Shown: positions 8,280 to 16,706, counted from the first letter of the stretch. The stretch is DNA of 32,000 nucleotides from Candidatus Saccharimonadota bacterium (GCA_001761425.1 CP012986.1:180001-212000); one strand, 5' to 3'. Program-made: numbers and translations. The notes: generated by a model not told the origin, from the letters alone.

Positions 8280-9051
8280 TTTTCAGGTTATTCTCTATCG
8301 CAGTTTTTATACTCTGGTAGTCGTTTCCGACCTGCTGGCCGTTCACGTACACGGTCGGGGTGGACGTAACTCCGTTACCGTTGGCGATCCTCTGATCCGC
8401 CTGTAACTCGTTAGCTGTGCTCTGGCTGTCGAGGCCTTCCCTGATTTCTTCTGCTGTAAGATTGGTTGTCTCTGTAGCTGTATTGACAATAATTCCTTGA
8501 TTCAACCTTGTTTCTGTTCCGTAGAGTTTACTGTGGAAGTCCCAGAAGTTGTCTCTGTCGTTCTCCCAGATGTATTCTCCGGCTCTGGCGGCAAGGCCTG
8601 ATGTCTCGTCTATTACCGGTAGGTTGATGTAGTAGAACTTTACATCTCCGCTGTCTATGTACTCGTTTTTCAGCTTTGGCTTGATCTCGCTGTCAAACGT
8701 TTTGCAGTGAGGACACTGGTAGTCTCCGAACTCCACTACTGTCACAGAAGCGTTTTCATCGCCCAGCATAGGCTGTCTGTAGAGTTCAAAAGGACTGGAC
8801 TGGAACATTGACATAACCTGGGGTAGGACAAGAGCCACGAATATGATCAGTGTGACGCCTGTAAGGCCTTTCAAAAGAAGATTTCTGCGTCTTGACCTGT
8901 TTATTTCTTCTTTCTGTTCTTTTTCTCTTTTGGCTTTCTTTGTTTTTTCTTTTTGGTGGGAGTTGAGTTCGTCTTCATGTTTTTCTTCCCAGTGAAGGTG
9001 CAGATCTTTTCCTGATTCAAATTTTTCGCCGCAGAATTTGCATTCCTTCAT
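8269..9051 (-). CDS. membrane-anchored DsbA-like thiol:disulfide oxidoreductase with N-terminal C2H2 zinc finger
   Basis: 260 aa. The classical finger is 'CKFCGEKFESGKDLHLHWEEKH' (C-x2-C-x3-F-x5-L-x2-H-x4-H). It is followed by a K/R/E-rich linker and one TM ('GLTGVTLIIFVALVLPQV'). The thioredoxin-fold domain carries 'YQCPHCKTF' and a DsbA-like tail. Confidence 0.8.
   Translation of the reverse strand: MKECKFCGEKFESGKDLHLHWEEKHEDELNSHQKEKTKKAKREKEQKEEINRSRRRNLLLKGLTGVTLIIFVALVLPQVMSMFQSSPFELYRQPMLGDENASVTVVEFGDYQCPHCKTFDSEIKPKLKNEYIDSGDVKFYYINLPVIDETSGLAARAGEYIWENDRDNFWDFHSKLYGTETRLNQGIIVNTATETTNLTAEEIREGLDSQSTANELQADQRIANGNGVTSTPTVYVNGQQVGNDYQSIKTAIENNLKNGN
8921..9000 (-). repeat. near-identical 80-nt segment shared with 9665-9745 (N-terminal zinc-finger/linker module of two adjacent genes)
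   Basis: By hand alignment, 8921-9000 and about 9665-9745 differ at 6 of 80 positions. The rest of the two genes is unrelated. Confidence 0.8.
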
Positions 9052-9100
9052 ATAAAGAATAAATGATGGACGGGGTATAAACCCGTTCTGATACAGTTTT

Positions 9101-9796
9101 CTAACTCATGGATTGAGACTGCGTGGTCACCTGAGACTGCAGTTCGCCGATCTCTTCCTCTGTGTAGTTTCCGTAGGTGAGCAGGATCTGGTCGCCGGTC
9201 TCGAACCTGAAATCTGTGGGTTCGATCTCTCTCCAGTCTTCGTCAGTGTTCACAAACATCCTTACTTCTCCGTTCTCGCCTTCACGGTAAGTGTCGCCTG
9301 GAGTCTGGAGGAAAGTGCTGTTGTAGTCAAAGCCAAGTGTCCTCATGAAGAATCTGAAATGCGCTCCAGTAGCATGGGAGTGGACTACGTCTCCGTTACC
9401 GCCCTCTACGTGAGCTTTAGATGACACCACCTGGTACTCTGAACGGGAGAAATCAATTTCCTCGCCCTCAACAACTACAGAGAAATCAGCGTGGTAGTGA
9501 GCAGAACCTGCAGGGCCTACATTCCCAGGTGCTTCAGGCATGGAAGAGGTAAGCTGTGGAGCTAACATGGCACCTCCGCCTACCAGAGCTACAAGTATTA
9601 CACCTAGCACAGCATAATTTCTGTACTCTTTCCTCTTTGCCCGCTTCCGCTCCCTTTCCTTCTTTTTTTCTCTTTTGGCTTTCTTTACTTTTTCTTCTTG
9701 ATGGGAGTTGAGTTCCTCTTCATGTTTTTCTTCCCAGTGAAGATGAAGTTCAGTCTCATCCTCAAACTCTTCCTCACAGAATTCACATTCAACCAT
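9101..9796 (-). CDS. membrane protein with N-terminal C2H2 zinc finger and His-rich extracytoplasmic domain
   Basis: 231 aa. 'CEFCEEEFEDETELHLHWEEKH', then a K/R-rich linker and the TM 'AVLGVILVALVGGGAML'. The external domain contains 'SAHYHADFSVVVEGEEIDF...AHVEGGNGDVVHSHATGAHF'. The N-terminal module is about 92% identical at DNA level to that of the neighbouring gene. Confidence 0.7.
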   Translation of the reverse strand: MVECEFCEEEFEDETELHLHWEEKHEEELNSHQEEKVKKAKREKKKERERKRAKRKEYRNYAVLGVILVALVGGGAMLAPQLTSSMPEAPGNVGPAGSAHYHADFSVVVEGEEIDFSRSEYQVVSSKAHVEGGNGDVVHSHATGAHFRFFMRTLGFDYNSTFLQTPGDTYREGENGEVRMFVNTDEDWREIEPTDFRFETGDQILLTYGNYTEEEIGELQSQVTTQSQSMS

Positions 9797-9854
9797 AAAA
9801 CCAGATATAAAGTTCGAAATTTATATCATAAATCACTCGGAAGAGAAAAAAGAT

Positions 9855-10121
9855 ATGCTGGAAGGAACATTACTCGATAAAGGCCTGCACATGATAACTG
9901 TTGTAGCAGCGACAGGCCTCTTCACAGTATCCTACACAGCTTATAAGAAACAGGAGAACAAAAAATTCCTGTATATACTACTGGCTTTCGCGGTATTCGC
10001 ACTTAAAGAAACCTTGATAGCGATAAACTCTTTACACGTAAACAGTGCGACGCTTACGACGGCCGCTCATCTCCTGAACCTGGCTATCTTAGGCCTTTTT
10101 TACAGAGGCACGGTACAATGA
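9855..10121 (+). CDS. small membrane protein (2-3 TM), hypothetical
   Basis: 88 aa and hydrophobic. Its stop overlaps the next ATG (ATGA at 10118-10121), which suggests translational coupling with the regulator. Confidence 0.55.
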   Translation: MLEGTLLDKGLHMITVVAATGLFTVSYTAYKKQENKKFLYILLAFAVFALKETLIAINSLHVNSATLTTAAHLLNLAILGLFYRGTVQ

Positions 10122-10579
10122 GACAGCAGATACTTGAAACTGTAGAACAGAATCCTGGAATACATTTTAGACAGGTGCAGAGAGAACTAGGTTGTTCTTC
10201 AACCACGCTTAACCACCACATCAGCTCTCTGAACGTGAAGGAGAGAAATTTCAGAGGGTACAGGCGTTTCTATCTGCAGGATATTTCAGAGAAGATGGAG
10301 AGGCCTCTGGCAGCTCTGAATCATAATGTAAGAGGGATTATGCTTTACCAGATGCAGGGCGGTATCTCGCAGAAAGAGCTTGTGGAGAACTTTGATCTCA
10401 GCAAGTCCACTGTTTCGTCTCACGTGAAAGTTATGAGAGAAGACGGTGTTATAAAAGAGGAGAGAGAGGGAAGATCGAAGAAGCTTTTCCCTTCAGAAAG
10501 TGCCTGGAAGGCCTTGAACGGTTACGCGTCCCAGATACTTGGTGGAGCGTCTGAAGGTTTCATAGAGATGTGGGGCTAG
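10118..10579 (+). CDS. transcriptional regulator with two winged-helix (ArsR-like) modules
   Basis: 153 aa. The two modules are 'ILETVEQNPGIHFRQVQRELGCSSTTLNHHISSL' and 'ISQKELVENFDLSKSTVSSHVKVMREDGVIKEE'. Confidence 0.75.
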   Translation: MRQQILETVEQNPGIHFRQVQRELGCSSTTLNHHISSLNVKERNFRGYRRFYLQDISEKMERPLAALNHNVRGIMLYQMQGGISQKELVENFDLSKSTVSSHVKVMREDGVIKEEREGRSKKLFPSESAWKALNGYASQILGGASEGFIEMWG

Positions 10580-10631
10580 TTCGGCAACTGTTTCACTAGC
10601 TTATTAATAGCCTCATCTAAATTTTAACGGT

Positions 10632-12260
10632 ATGAAGAAAGTATTTCCCGCTCTCATGGTGGTTTTCACTTGTCTAATATTTTTTGTCTCAGGGGCTTTT
10701 GCTCATTCTACAGGTGGTGGGAACGTCCAGGGATTCGAGAAAGCGCCTGCGACTCAGAATGCCGAGGTTCCTGTGCCTGAGGAGAAGTGTCCTAACGTTA
10801 ATGATTCCTGGAGACAGGCCCAGAGCTTTTACGGAGTCCAGGTTGATGAATCTCAGCAGTGTATGCCTGATAACCCTAAGCTTGTAGCTGCCGTCACTGA
10901 AGGTACTAATAATGTTCCTATGATGGATCTTATGGATTTAGGCCTTTCCAAGGACGCTGTGAGTAAAGGAGAAGATCTTGATGGAGATGGCGATCCTGAT
11001 GTTATCAATATCACGCTTGAGGTTCAGGAGATCAATGGTAGAAGCCCTTCCGGCAGTTCTGTTGAAGGAATTTCTCAGGAGATTGCTCCAGGTATTAGCC
11101 CTGGTTTCTGGGTTTTTGCCCCGAAGACACGCGGGATGGCGACAGAGGGGGCCTCGGCTTCAAGTATTGTAAGATCTCCTTCTCCCACTATACGTGCTGA
11201 GGAAAGTGATCGTGTGAATATTAAACTTGAGAATACGCATTATTTCCCTCACACGATCCATTTCCATGGAGTTGACCACGATTTTGAAGTGAATGGAAGT
11301 GGTAACGACGGTGTTCCACAGGTAAACGGTGAACCGGCGATGCCGGGAGGCACACAGGAGTATTCTTTCAAGCCTGAACAGCCTGGTTCTATGTTTTACC
11401 ATTGCCATGTTCAGCCGAATACGCATGTACTGATGGGTCTTCAGGGAATGTTCAGTGTAGAAGAGGAAAGGGACAACAATACAGTCCAGACATTTAACAT
11501 AGGCGGTGGAAAGGTCAGAAACCCTTCAGAAGCCGTTGAACAGGAGTATGATAATGAATACGATATGATTTACAGAGGCCTCGATAAGGAACTTCATAAC
11601 AAGATAAAGAAATCGAACGATCCCCGGGTTATTGCGGAAGGAGTAAACAAGGAGTACGATGTGACAGAAAGAAACCCGGATTATTACCTATTAAACGGTA
11701 AATCCTTCCCGTATACAGTGAGGGAGTCTCAGGTGGTGGTTGAGGAGAACGAGACCACAAAGATGAGAGTCCTGAATACTGGAAGCGAAGGCCTTTCACT
11801 GCATCCTCATGGACACAAACCGACAGCGACGCATTATGACGGTGTTGAAGTAGATGAAGAGGCCCGGATTCAGAGAGATGTCTTTGATATATCGGCAGCA
11901 CAGAGAGTGGATCTGGAGATCAACTCTACGGAGGATGGGTTGAACTCTTATGGGCCTGGCGCGTGGTTTATGCACAATCATAAGGAGGAGGCAGTTACTA
12001 CAGATGGGATAGCTCCGGGAGGAGATGTCACACTTCTTACATACGAGTCGTATCAGGGGGAGGAGAATCTTCCTCAGAAAGGTGTGTCCTGGGATCAGTT
12101 CTTCACTGAGAAGTACTACGAGGGAAAGATACCTATGTGGCAGGGCCTCAGCGACAAATATGGGAATATAGAGGTCCAGCCGGCCTCGACCTCTACGGTA
12201 GTGCTGATAGGATTGATGGGCCTTATTCTTGGAGCTCTAGGCGCAATGGTGGTAGTCTAA
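10632..12260 (+). CDS. two-cupredoxin-domain multicopper oxidase, secreted, C-terminal membrane anchor
   Basis: 542 aa with a signal peptide ('MKKVFPALMVVFTCLIFFVSGAFA'). Copper motifs occur in the order 'HTIHFHG' (HxH), 'YHCHVQPNTHVLMG' (T1/trinuclear HCH), 'LHPHGH' and 'WFMHNH'. The C-terminus is hydrophobic ('VVLIGLMGLILGALGAMVVV'). Confidence 0.85.
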   Translation: MKKVFPALMVVFTCLIFFVSGAFAHSTGGGNVQGFEKAPATQNAEVPVPEEKCPNVNDSWRQAQSFYGVQVDESQQCMPDNPKLVAAVTEGTNNVPMMDLMDLGLSKDAVSKGEDLDGDGDPDVINITLEVQEINGRSPSGSSVEGISQEIAPGISPGFWVFAPKTRGMATEGASASSIVRSPSPTIRAEESDRVNIKLENTHYFPHTIHFHGVDHDFEVNGSGNDGVPQVNGEPAMPGGTQEYSFKPEQPGSMFYHCHVQPNTHVLMGLQGMFSVEEERDNNTVQTFNIGGGKVRNPSEAVEQEYDNEYDMIYRGLDKELHNKIKKSNDPRVIAEGVNKEYDVTERNPDYYLLNGKSFPYTVRESQVVVEENETTKMRVLNTGSEGLSLHPHGHKPTATHYDGVEVDEEARIQRDVFDISAAQRVDLEINSTEDGLNSYGPGAWFMHNHKEEAVTTDGIAPGGDVTLLTYESYQGEENLPQKGVSWDQFFTEKYYEGKIPMWQGLSDKYGNIEVQPASTSTVVLIGLMGLILGALGAMVVV

Positions 12261-12871
12261 TGAGAAATAAAGCTTTGTTGATCACGGTAGTTTTTGCAAT
12301 TCTGGTAAACCCGGCTTCAGCCAGTGTCATGGGGCAGAACACAGATAAGATGCCTCCTGGATGTGAAAGCATTTCAGGCACAGCCAATATAACTGTAGAG
12401 GCAGGTACAGATCACGCAGATAAGTTCCCCTCGAAGATGTACACCTACAGCGACAGAAAGATGCAGTTTGAACCATGTACAAAGCTGACAGTCAACTTCA
12501 TCAACAATGACTCGGTCAGACATCAGTGGATGGTGCACGGACTTCCCAAGGAAACATATCCTATGGGAATGTTCATGCTCGAAGTCACAGGACCAGGAGA
12601 GGAAACGGGAACATTCATCCTTCCAGCCGGGGACGAATCTCTCATGATCCACTGCGGACTCGGACAGCACATGCAGAAAGGAATGAAAGCCCAGCTCACA
12701 GTAGGAGAAGGAGATGGCAAAGTATCAAACATTCCAGGCCATACAGCAGCATTCAACGAACACGGCTACGAAAGTGAAAGCGTAGTGCCGATGGCAGCAA
12801 CAGTTGGCCTACTGATGATGTTGCTCGGAGCAGGAATAATAGTAATCCTGGAAAGAAAAACAGAAGAATAA
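12260..12871 (+). CDS. cupredoxin (type-1 blue copper protein), secreted, C-terminal membrane anchor
   Basis: I take the internal ATG at 12260, which overlaps the oxidase stop (TAATG) and gives a signal peptide ('MRNKALLITVVFAILVNPASA'). The T1 ligand pattern is 'HQWMVHG ... IHCGLGQHMQKGM' (H, C, H, M). The C-terminal TM is 'VGLLMMLLGAGIIVIL'. Confidence 0.8.
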   Translation: MRNKALLITVVFAILVNPASASVMGQNTDKMPPGCESISGTANITVEAGTDHADKFPSKMYTYSDRKMQFEPCTKLTVNFINNDSVRHQWMVHGLPKETYPMGMFMLEVTGPGEETGTFILPAGDESLMIHCGLGQHMQKGMKAQLTVGEGDGKVSNIPGHTAAFNEHGYESESVVPMAATVGLLMMLLGAGIIVILERKTEE

Positions 12872-12875
12872 AGAA

Positions 12876-12898
12876 AGGCCTCAAAGGCCTCTATTTTT
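12876..12898. terminator. hairpin from two adjacent AGGCCT copies plus a T-run; likely bidirectional terminator
   Basis: AGGCCT (12876-12881), CAA, AGGCCT (12885-12890), followed by CTATTTTT. The complementary strand also has a U-rich tract after the stem. It sits between the convergent cupredoxin and lpdA genes. Confidence 0.55.
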
Positions 12899-12919
12899 CG
12901 TATTCAATTTTTTGGGTTC

Positions 12920-14335
12920 TCAGAAAGAATGTATTGACTCGTCCTTGGCGGCCTCGGCAGCATCAGCTAGTGCCTCAGGGAATGTCGGATGTGCATGAAT
13001 CGTGTTAGCGATATCATCCAGGTACGCGTTCATCTCCAGAGCCAGTGTAGCCTCTGCAATCATGTCAGAGGCCCTTGCACCGACTATCTGGGCTCCGAGA
13101 AGTTTCTCTTCAGAATCTGCGATAACCTTTACAAAACCTGAATCCTTGTCAATTGAGAGAGCTCGGCCTGAAGCGGACATAGGAAACCTGCCGATCATAG
13201 GATCGTCGTACTCCCTACGAGCCTCTGTCTCGCTAAGGCCTACAGAAGCAACTTCAGGATCCGTATACATTACAGCAGGGATGTACTGGTTATCGAAAGC
13301 AGCAGGTTTCCCTGCAGCGACCTCCGCAGCAACCTTTCCCTGGCGGTAGGCCTTGTGAGCCAGAAGAGGCTCTCCGGAAGAGTCTCCTATGCAGAAGATG
13401 CTTTCATCCGTTGTCTTCATATGCTCATCTGTCTCAACGAATCCTTCATCGTTTACCTCGACATCAGTGTTTTCCAGGCTCAGGTTTTCGAGGACAGGTT
13501 CTGTTTCACGGCCTGCGGCAACCAGGATATAGTCTCCTTCAAGTTTCAGCTCCTCTCCTTCCTGGTCAGCTACAAGGACAGGTCTTCCATCGTCAGTATA
13601 CTCAACGTTTTCCGCCATCGCGTTAGTATAGATTTCATCATCGTACATGTCACTCGTCTCCTGAATGGAGTCTACAATCTCTTCTTCAAACATTCCAAGG
13701 ACACGATCACGTGCCTCAACGACCTTCACAGTCGCTCCGAACTTACAGAACTTTGTAACGGCCTCCATGCCGATATAACCGCCTCCGACGACCACTATCT
13801 CGTCGGGAACCTCTTCAAGATCCAGAATTTCACGAGAAGAGATAACACCATCCTTATCGAACTCGAGGCCTGGAATCTCTACAGGCCTTGAACCTGTGGC
13901 AATAATTGCTCTGTCAAACTCCACGTTCTCGGCGTTATGTTCCTCTTCAACTCGGACAGTGTTGGAATCAAGGAAACGGGCCTCACCCTCCATGTACTCA
14001 ACTCCGTGATGATCCAGTATATTCAGGATGCCATTGTCAAGACGTTCAATGGCTGAATTCTTCCACTCCTGGATCTCCTGGAAATCAATCTCTTTGCACT
14101 CTGTATGTATCCCTATGTCGTTCCAGTGCTCAATATCTTTCTGGAAACCTGCTGCGTGGATCAAGGCCTTTGCCGGTATACAGCCATGGTTCAGACAGAC
14201 TCCGCCAACCCGCTCTTTCTCTACAAGAACGACGTCAAGACCTTTCTGCGCTCCTCTGATGGCTGCAGTATAGCCTCCAGGGCCTGCTCCGATGACTACA
14301 AGATCTGCTCCGGTGGTAATATCGCCTACTACCAT
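12920..14335 (-). CDS. lpdA: dihydrolipoamide dehydrogenase (E3)
   Basis: 471 aa. FAD site 'VIGAGPGGY', redox-active disulfide 'GGVCLNHGCIPAK', NAD site 'VVVGGGYIGME' and C-terminal 'HAHPTFPE'. Confidence 0.92.
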   Translation of the reverse strand: MVVGDITTGADLVVIGAGPGGYTAAIRGAQKGLDVVLVEKERVGGVCLNHGCIPAKALIHAAGFQKDIEHWNDIGIHTECKEIDFQEIQEWKNSAIERLDNGILNILDHHGVEYMEGEARFLDSNTVRVEEEHNAENVEFDRAIIATGSRPVEIPGLEFDKDGVISSREILDLEEVPDEIVVVGGGYIGMEAVTKFCKFGATVKVVEARDRVLGMFEEEIVDSIQETSDMYDDEIYTNAMAENVEYTDDGRPVLVADQEGEELKLEGDYILVAAGRETEPVLENLSLENTDVEVNDEGFVETDEHMKTTDESIFCIGDSSGEPLLAHKAYRQGKVAAEVAAGKPAAFDNQYIPAVMYTDPEVASVGLSETEARREYDDPMIGRFPMSASGRALSIDKDSGFVKVIADSEEKLLGAQIVGARASDMIAEATLALEMNAYLDDIANTIHAHPTFPEALADAAEAAKDESIHSF

Positions 14336-15733
14336 TTAAATCTCCATAAGCATCTCTTCAGGCTCCTCAAGATTTTCAATTACATTGTTCATAAAGCGAG
14401 CAGCTTCTGCGCCGTCTATGACTCTGTGATCGTAGCTAAGTGAGAGTTTCAAGGTATTTCTCACCTGGATTTCTCCATCGACAACTTCAGGAGTTTCCTG
14501 AATCTTTCCAACCCCCAGGATCGCTACCTGCGGATAATTAATTATTGGAGTGAAGCCTTCGCCCCCAATCGCACCGATATTCGTAATCGAGAACGTTCCT
14601 CCCTGCATCTCACCCGGAGAAATATCTCCGCCCTGGGCCTTATCCACAAGATCCGAGATACCGGAAGCCAGTTCAACCAGGTTCTTCTCATCAACCTCTT
14701 CGATCTTCGGCACAAGAAGGCCTCTATCAGTATCGACAGCTATATTGAAGTCGTAGTACTTCTTCCTGACAATTTCATCTTTTTCCTCATCAAGCTCCGC
14801 GTTCAGATCCGGATGATCTTTCATGGCAACGTAACAGGCCTTCATGATGAAAGGAAGATACGTCAGATGCTCGCTAATATCATCCTTTACGCTCTCCCGC
14901 AGCTTGACGAGCTTCGTGACATCTGCAGTATCCATATGGGTAACATGCGGTGCTGTAAACCTTGCCTTCTCCATCTTCGAACCAGTCATCTTTTTGACCT
15001 GGTTCATCTCTACACGTTCAACCTCGCCTTCTCCAGTCTCCACTGAATGAGTCTCCGATGAAGGCCTTTCATTTCCAGAACTCTCGTCCTTTGCAGCCTC
15101 CAGAACATCGTTTCTCAGGACTTCGCCGCCACGTCCGGAACCATCTATCTCTGAAATATCGAGGCCTTTCTCCCGTGCCAGTCTTCTGACAGAAGGAGAG
15201 GCATTCAACCCCCTGCTTTCGCCTGGAACCTTTGAACTGCCGTCAAAAATCTCTTCCGAGGCCTCAGATTTTCCTTTTTCCGCGTATTCGATTAATTCTT
15301 CCTCTGTTATCCTTTCGCCTGTCTTGATATCTCCAAGTTCTATTCCTTTTTCCTCGGCAAGCTTCCGGACCTTAGGCAGTGCCAGAACATCTCCAGAGGT
15401 TGAAGAACTGAAATCTGTAGACGAGGCCTTTGAATTCTCTGGAGTTTCCTCTTCCCCTTCCCCAATTTCTTCTTCAGGGCCTTCTTCTATGTTTTCCTCT
15501 GTCTCCATTTCGAGTATTACCTGGCCGACTTCAACTCTGTCTCCCGGTGAGGCCTTGAAATTTTTCACGACGCCGTCTGCCGGTGCTGGGATCTCCACTA
15601 CTGCTTTATCGGTTTCTGCTTCGGCTATTACCTGGTCTTCTTCGACTTTGTCGCCTTCTTCTATCTTCCAGTCTAGGAATTTTCCCTCAGTGACTCCTTC
15701 ACCGGTGTCTGGAAATTCGAACTCTAGACTCAT
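14336..15733 (-). CDS. pdhC: dihydrolipoamide acyltransferase (E2)
   Basis: I chose the start 'MSLEFEFPDTGEG' at 15733, 4 nt after the E1-beta stop. It has a lipoyl domain ('ETDKAVVEIPAP') and two peripheral-subunit-binding-like segments ('LPKVRKLAEEKGIEL', 'SPSVRRLAREKGLDISEI'). The catalytic motif is 'SYDHRVIDGAEAARF'. Confidence 0.9.
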   Translation of the reverse strand: MSLEFEFPDTGEGVTEGKFLDWKIEEGDKVEEDQVIAEAETDKAVVEIPAPADGVVKNFKASPGDRVEVGQVILEMETEENIEEGPEEEIGEGEEETPENSKASSTDFSSSTSGDVLALPKVRKLAEEKGIELGDIKTGERITEEELIEYAEKGKSEASEEIFDGSSKVPGESRGLNASPSVRRLAREKGLDISEIDGSGRGGEVLRNDVLEAAKDESSGNERPSSETHSVETGEGEVERVEMNQVKKMTGSKMEKARFTAPHVTHMDTADVTKLVKLRESVKDDISEHLTYLPFIMKACYVAMKDHPDLNAELDEEKDEIVRKKYYDFNIAVDTDRGLLVPKIEEVDEKNLVELASGISDLVDKAQGGDISPGEMQGGTFSITNIGAIGGEGFTPIINYPQVAILGVGKIQETPEVVDGEIQVRNTLKLSLSYDHRVIDGAEAARFMNNVIENLEEPEEMLMEI

Positions 15734-15737
15734 CTTG

Positions 15738-16706
15738 TTAAAACTCCAGAAGTTCTTCAAGGCCTTCTAAAGCTCTTTCTGCGTTTGGCATGTAGTAATC
15801 CTCCAGGGTGTAGAGCGGATAAGGTACATCAGGCCCTGTAACTCGTTTAACAGGTGCTTCCAGGTTCAGGATCGCTTCCTCGTTTATCCTTGAGGCGATC
15901 TCAGCTCCGAAACCTGAAGTTTTAGGGGCCTCGTGAAGTATCATCGCCCGTCCTGTCTTTTTTACAGAGTCTATTATTGTCTCAAAGTCAGTAGGGTAGA
16001 TAGTTCTCGGATCAACGATTTCTATATCCGCATCTATCTTTTCTGCAGCTTCCTCTGCTACTGGAACCATTGCACCCCACGTGATCAGGGTTGCGTCTTC
16101 TCCTTCCTGTACAGTTCTTGCTTTCTCCAGTTCTACTTTTTTCTCTCTATCGACTTCTTCCTTGAAGGCTCTGTAAGTCTTTTTCGGCTCCAGGAAGACT
16201 ACAGGATCGTCCAGCTGGATCGACTTCCTGAGGAGAGAGTAAGTATCCTGTGGAGTACTTGGTATAACGACGTGAAGGCCTTCAGCATGCGCAAAGAACG
16301 ATTCAGGAGACTCCTGGTGATGCTCTAGTGCCGAGATCCCTCCTCCATAAGGTGCTCTGATTGTCATAGGAACTTCGAGGTCTCCACGAGATCTAATCCT
16401 GAAACGAGCAGCATGTTCCTTGATCTGGTGGAAAGCCAGGTAAGAGAACCCCGAGAACTGGATCTCCGGTACAGGCCTCATACCTTTCAGAGCCATGCCT
16501 ATGCCGGTTCCCACGATACCGGATTCCGCGAGAGGACTGGAGAAAACTCTTTCACGACCGAATTCATCCTGAAGGCCTTCCGAGGCCCGGAATACTCCTC
16601 CATCCTCTCCGACGTCCTCTCCGTAGACCACAACGTCTCCATCGTTTTCAAGCTCGTCTTCCAGAGCTGCATTGACTGCTTCGACAATATTCATTTCTTC
16701 TGGCAT
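15738..16706 (-). CDS. pdhB: 2-oxoacid dehydrogenase E1 component, beta subunit
   Basis: 322 aa with a transketolase-like pyrimidine-binding fold ('VVYGEDVGEDGGVFRASEGL', 'FSSPLAESGIVG'). The gene order is that of an E1a-E1b-E2-E3 operon. Confidence 0.92.
   Translation of the reverse strand: MPEEMNIVEAVNAALEDELENDGDVVVYGEDVGEDGGVFRASEGLQDEFGRERVFSSPLAESGIVGTGIGMALKGMRPVPEIQFSGFSYLAFHQIKEHAARFRIRSRGDLEVPMTIRAPYGGGISALEHHQESPESFFAHAEGLHVVIPSTPQDTYSLLRKSIQLDDPVVFLEPKKTYRAFKEEVDREKKVELEKARTVQEGEDATLITWGAMVPVAEEAAEKIDADIEIVDPRTIYPTDFETIIDSVKKTGRAMILHEAPKTSGFGAEIASRINEEAILNLEAPVKRVTGPDVPYPLYTLEDYYMPNAERALEGLEELLEF

Noticed and set aside
8881-9840. AGGCCT-free stretches as markers of horizontally acquired DNA. 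Examples are about 8870-9880, 11790-12875 and 27480-28410.
   Set aside because: With a mean spacing of about 245 nt, a Poisson model predicts two or three gaps longer than 900-1000 nt among about 130 intervals, which is what I see. The gaps alone are not significant. Only the 19.9-20.5 kb stretch is kept, because its base composition also deviates.
12137-12259. N-terminal extension of the cupredoxin ORF (listed start at 12137).
   Set aside because: The extension overlaps the multicopper oxidase C-terminus in another frame and encodes Arg/Gly-rich sequence. The ATG at 12260 gives a proper signal peptide and a TAATG stop/start junction.
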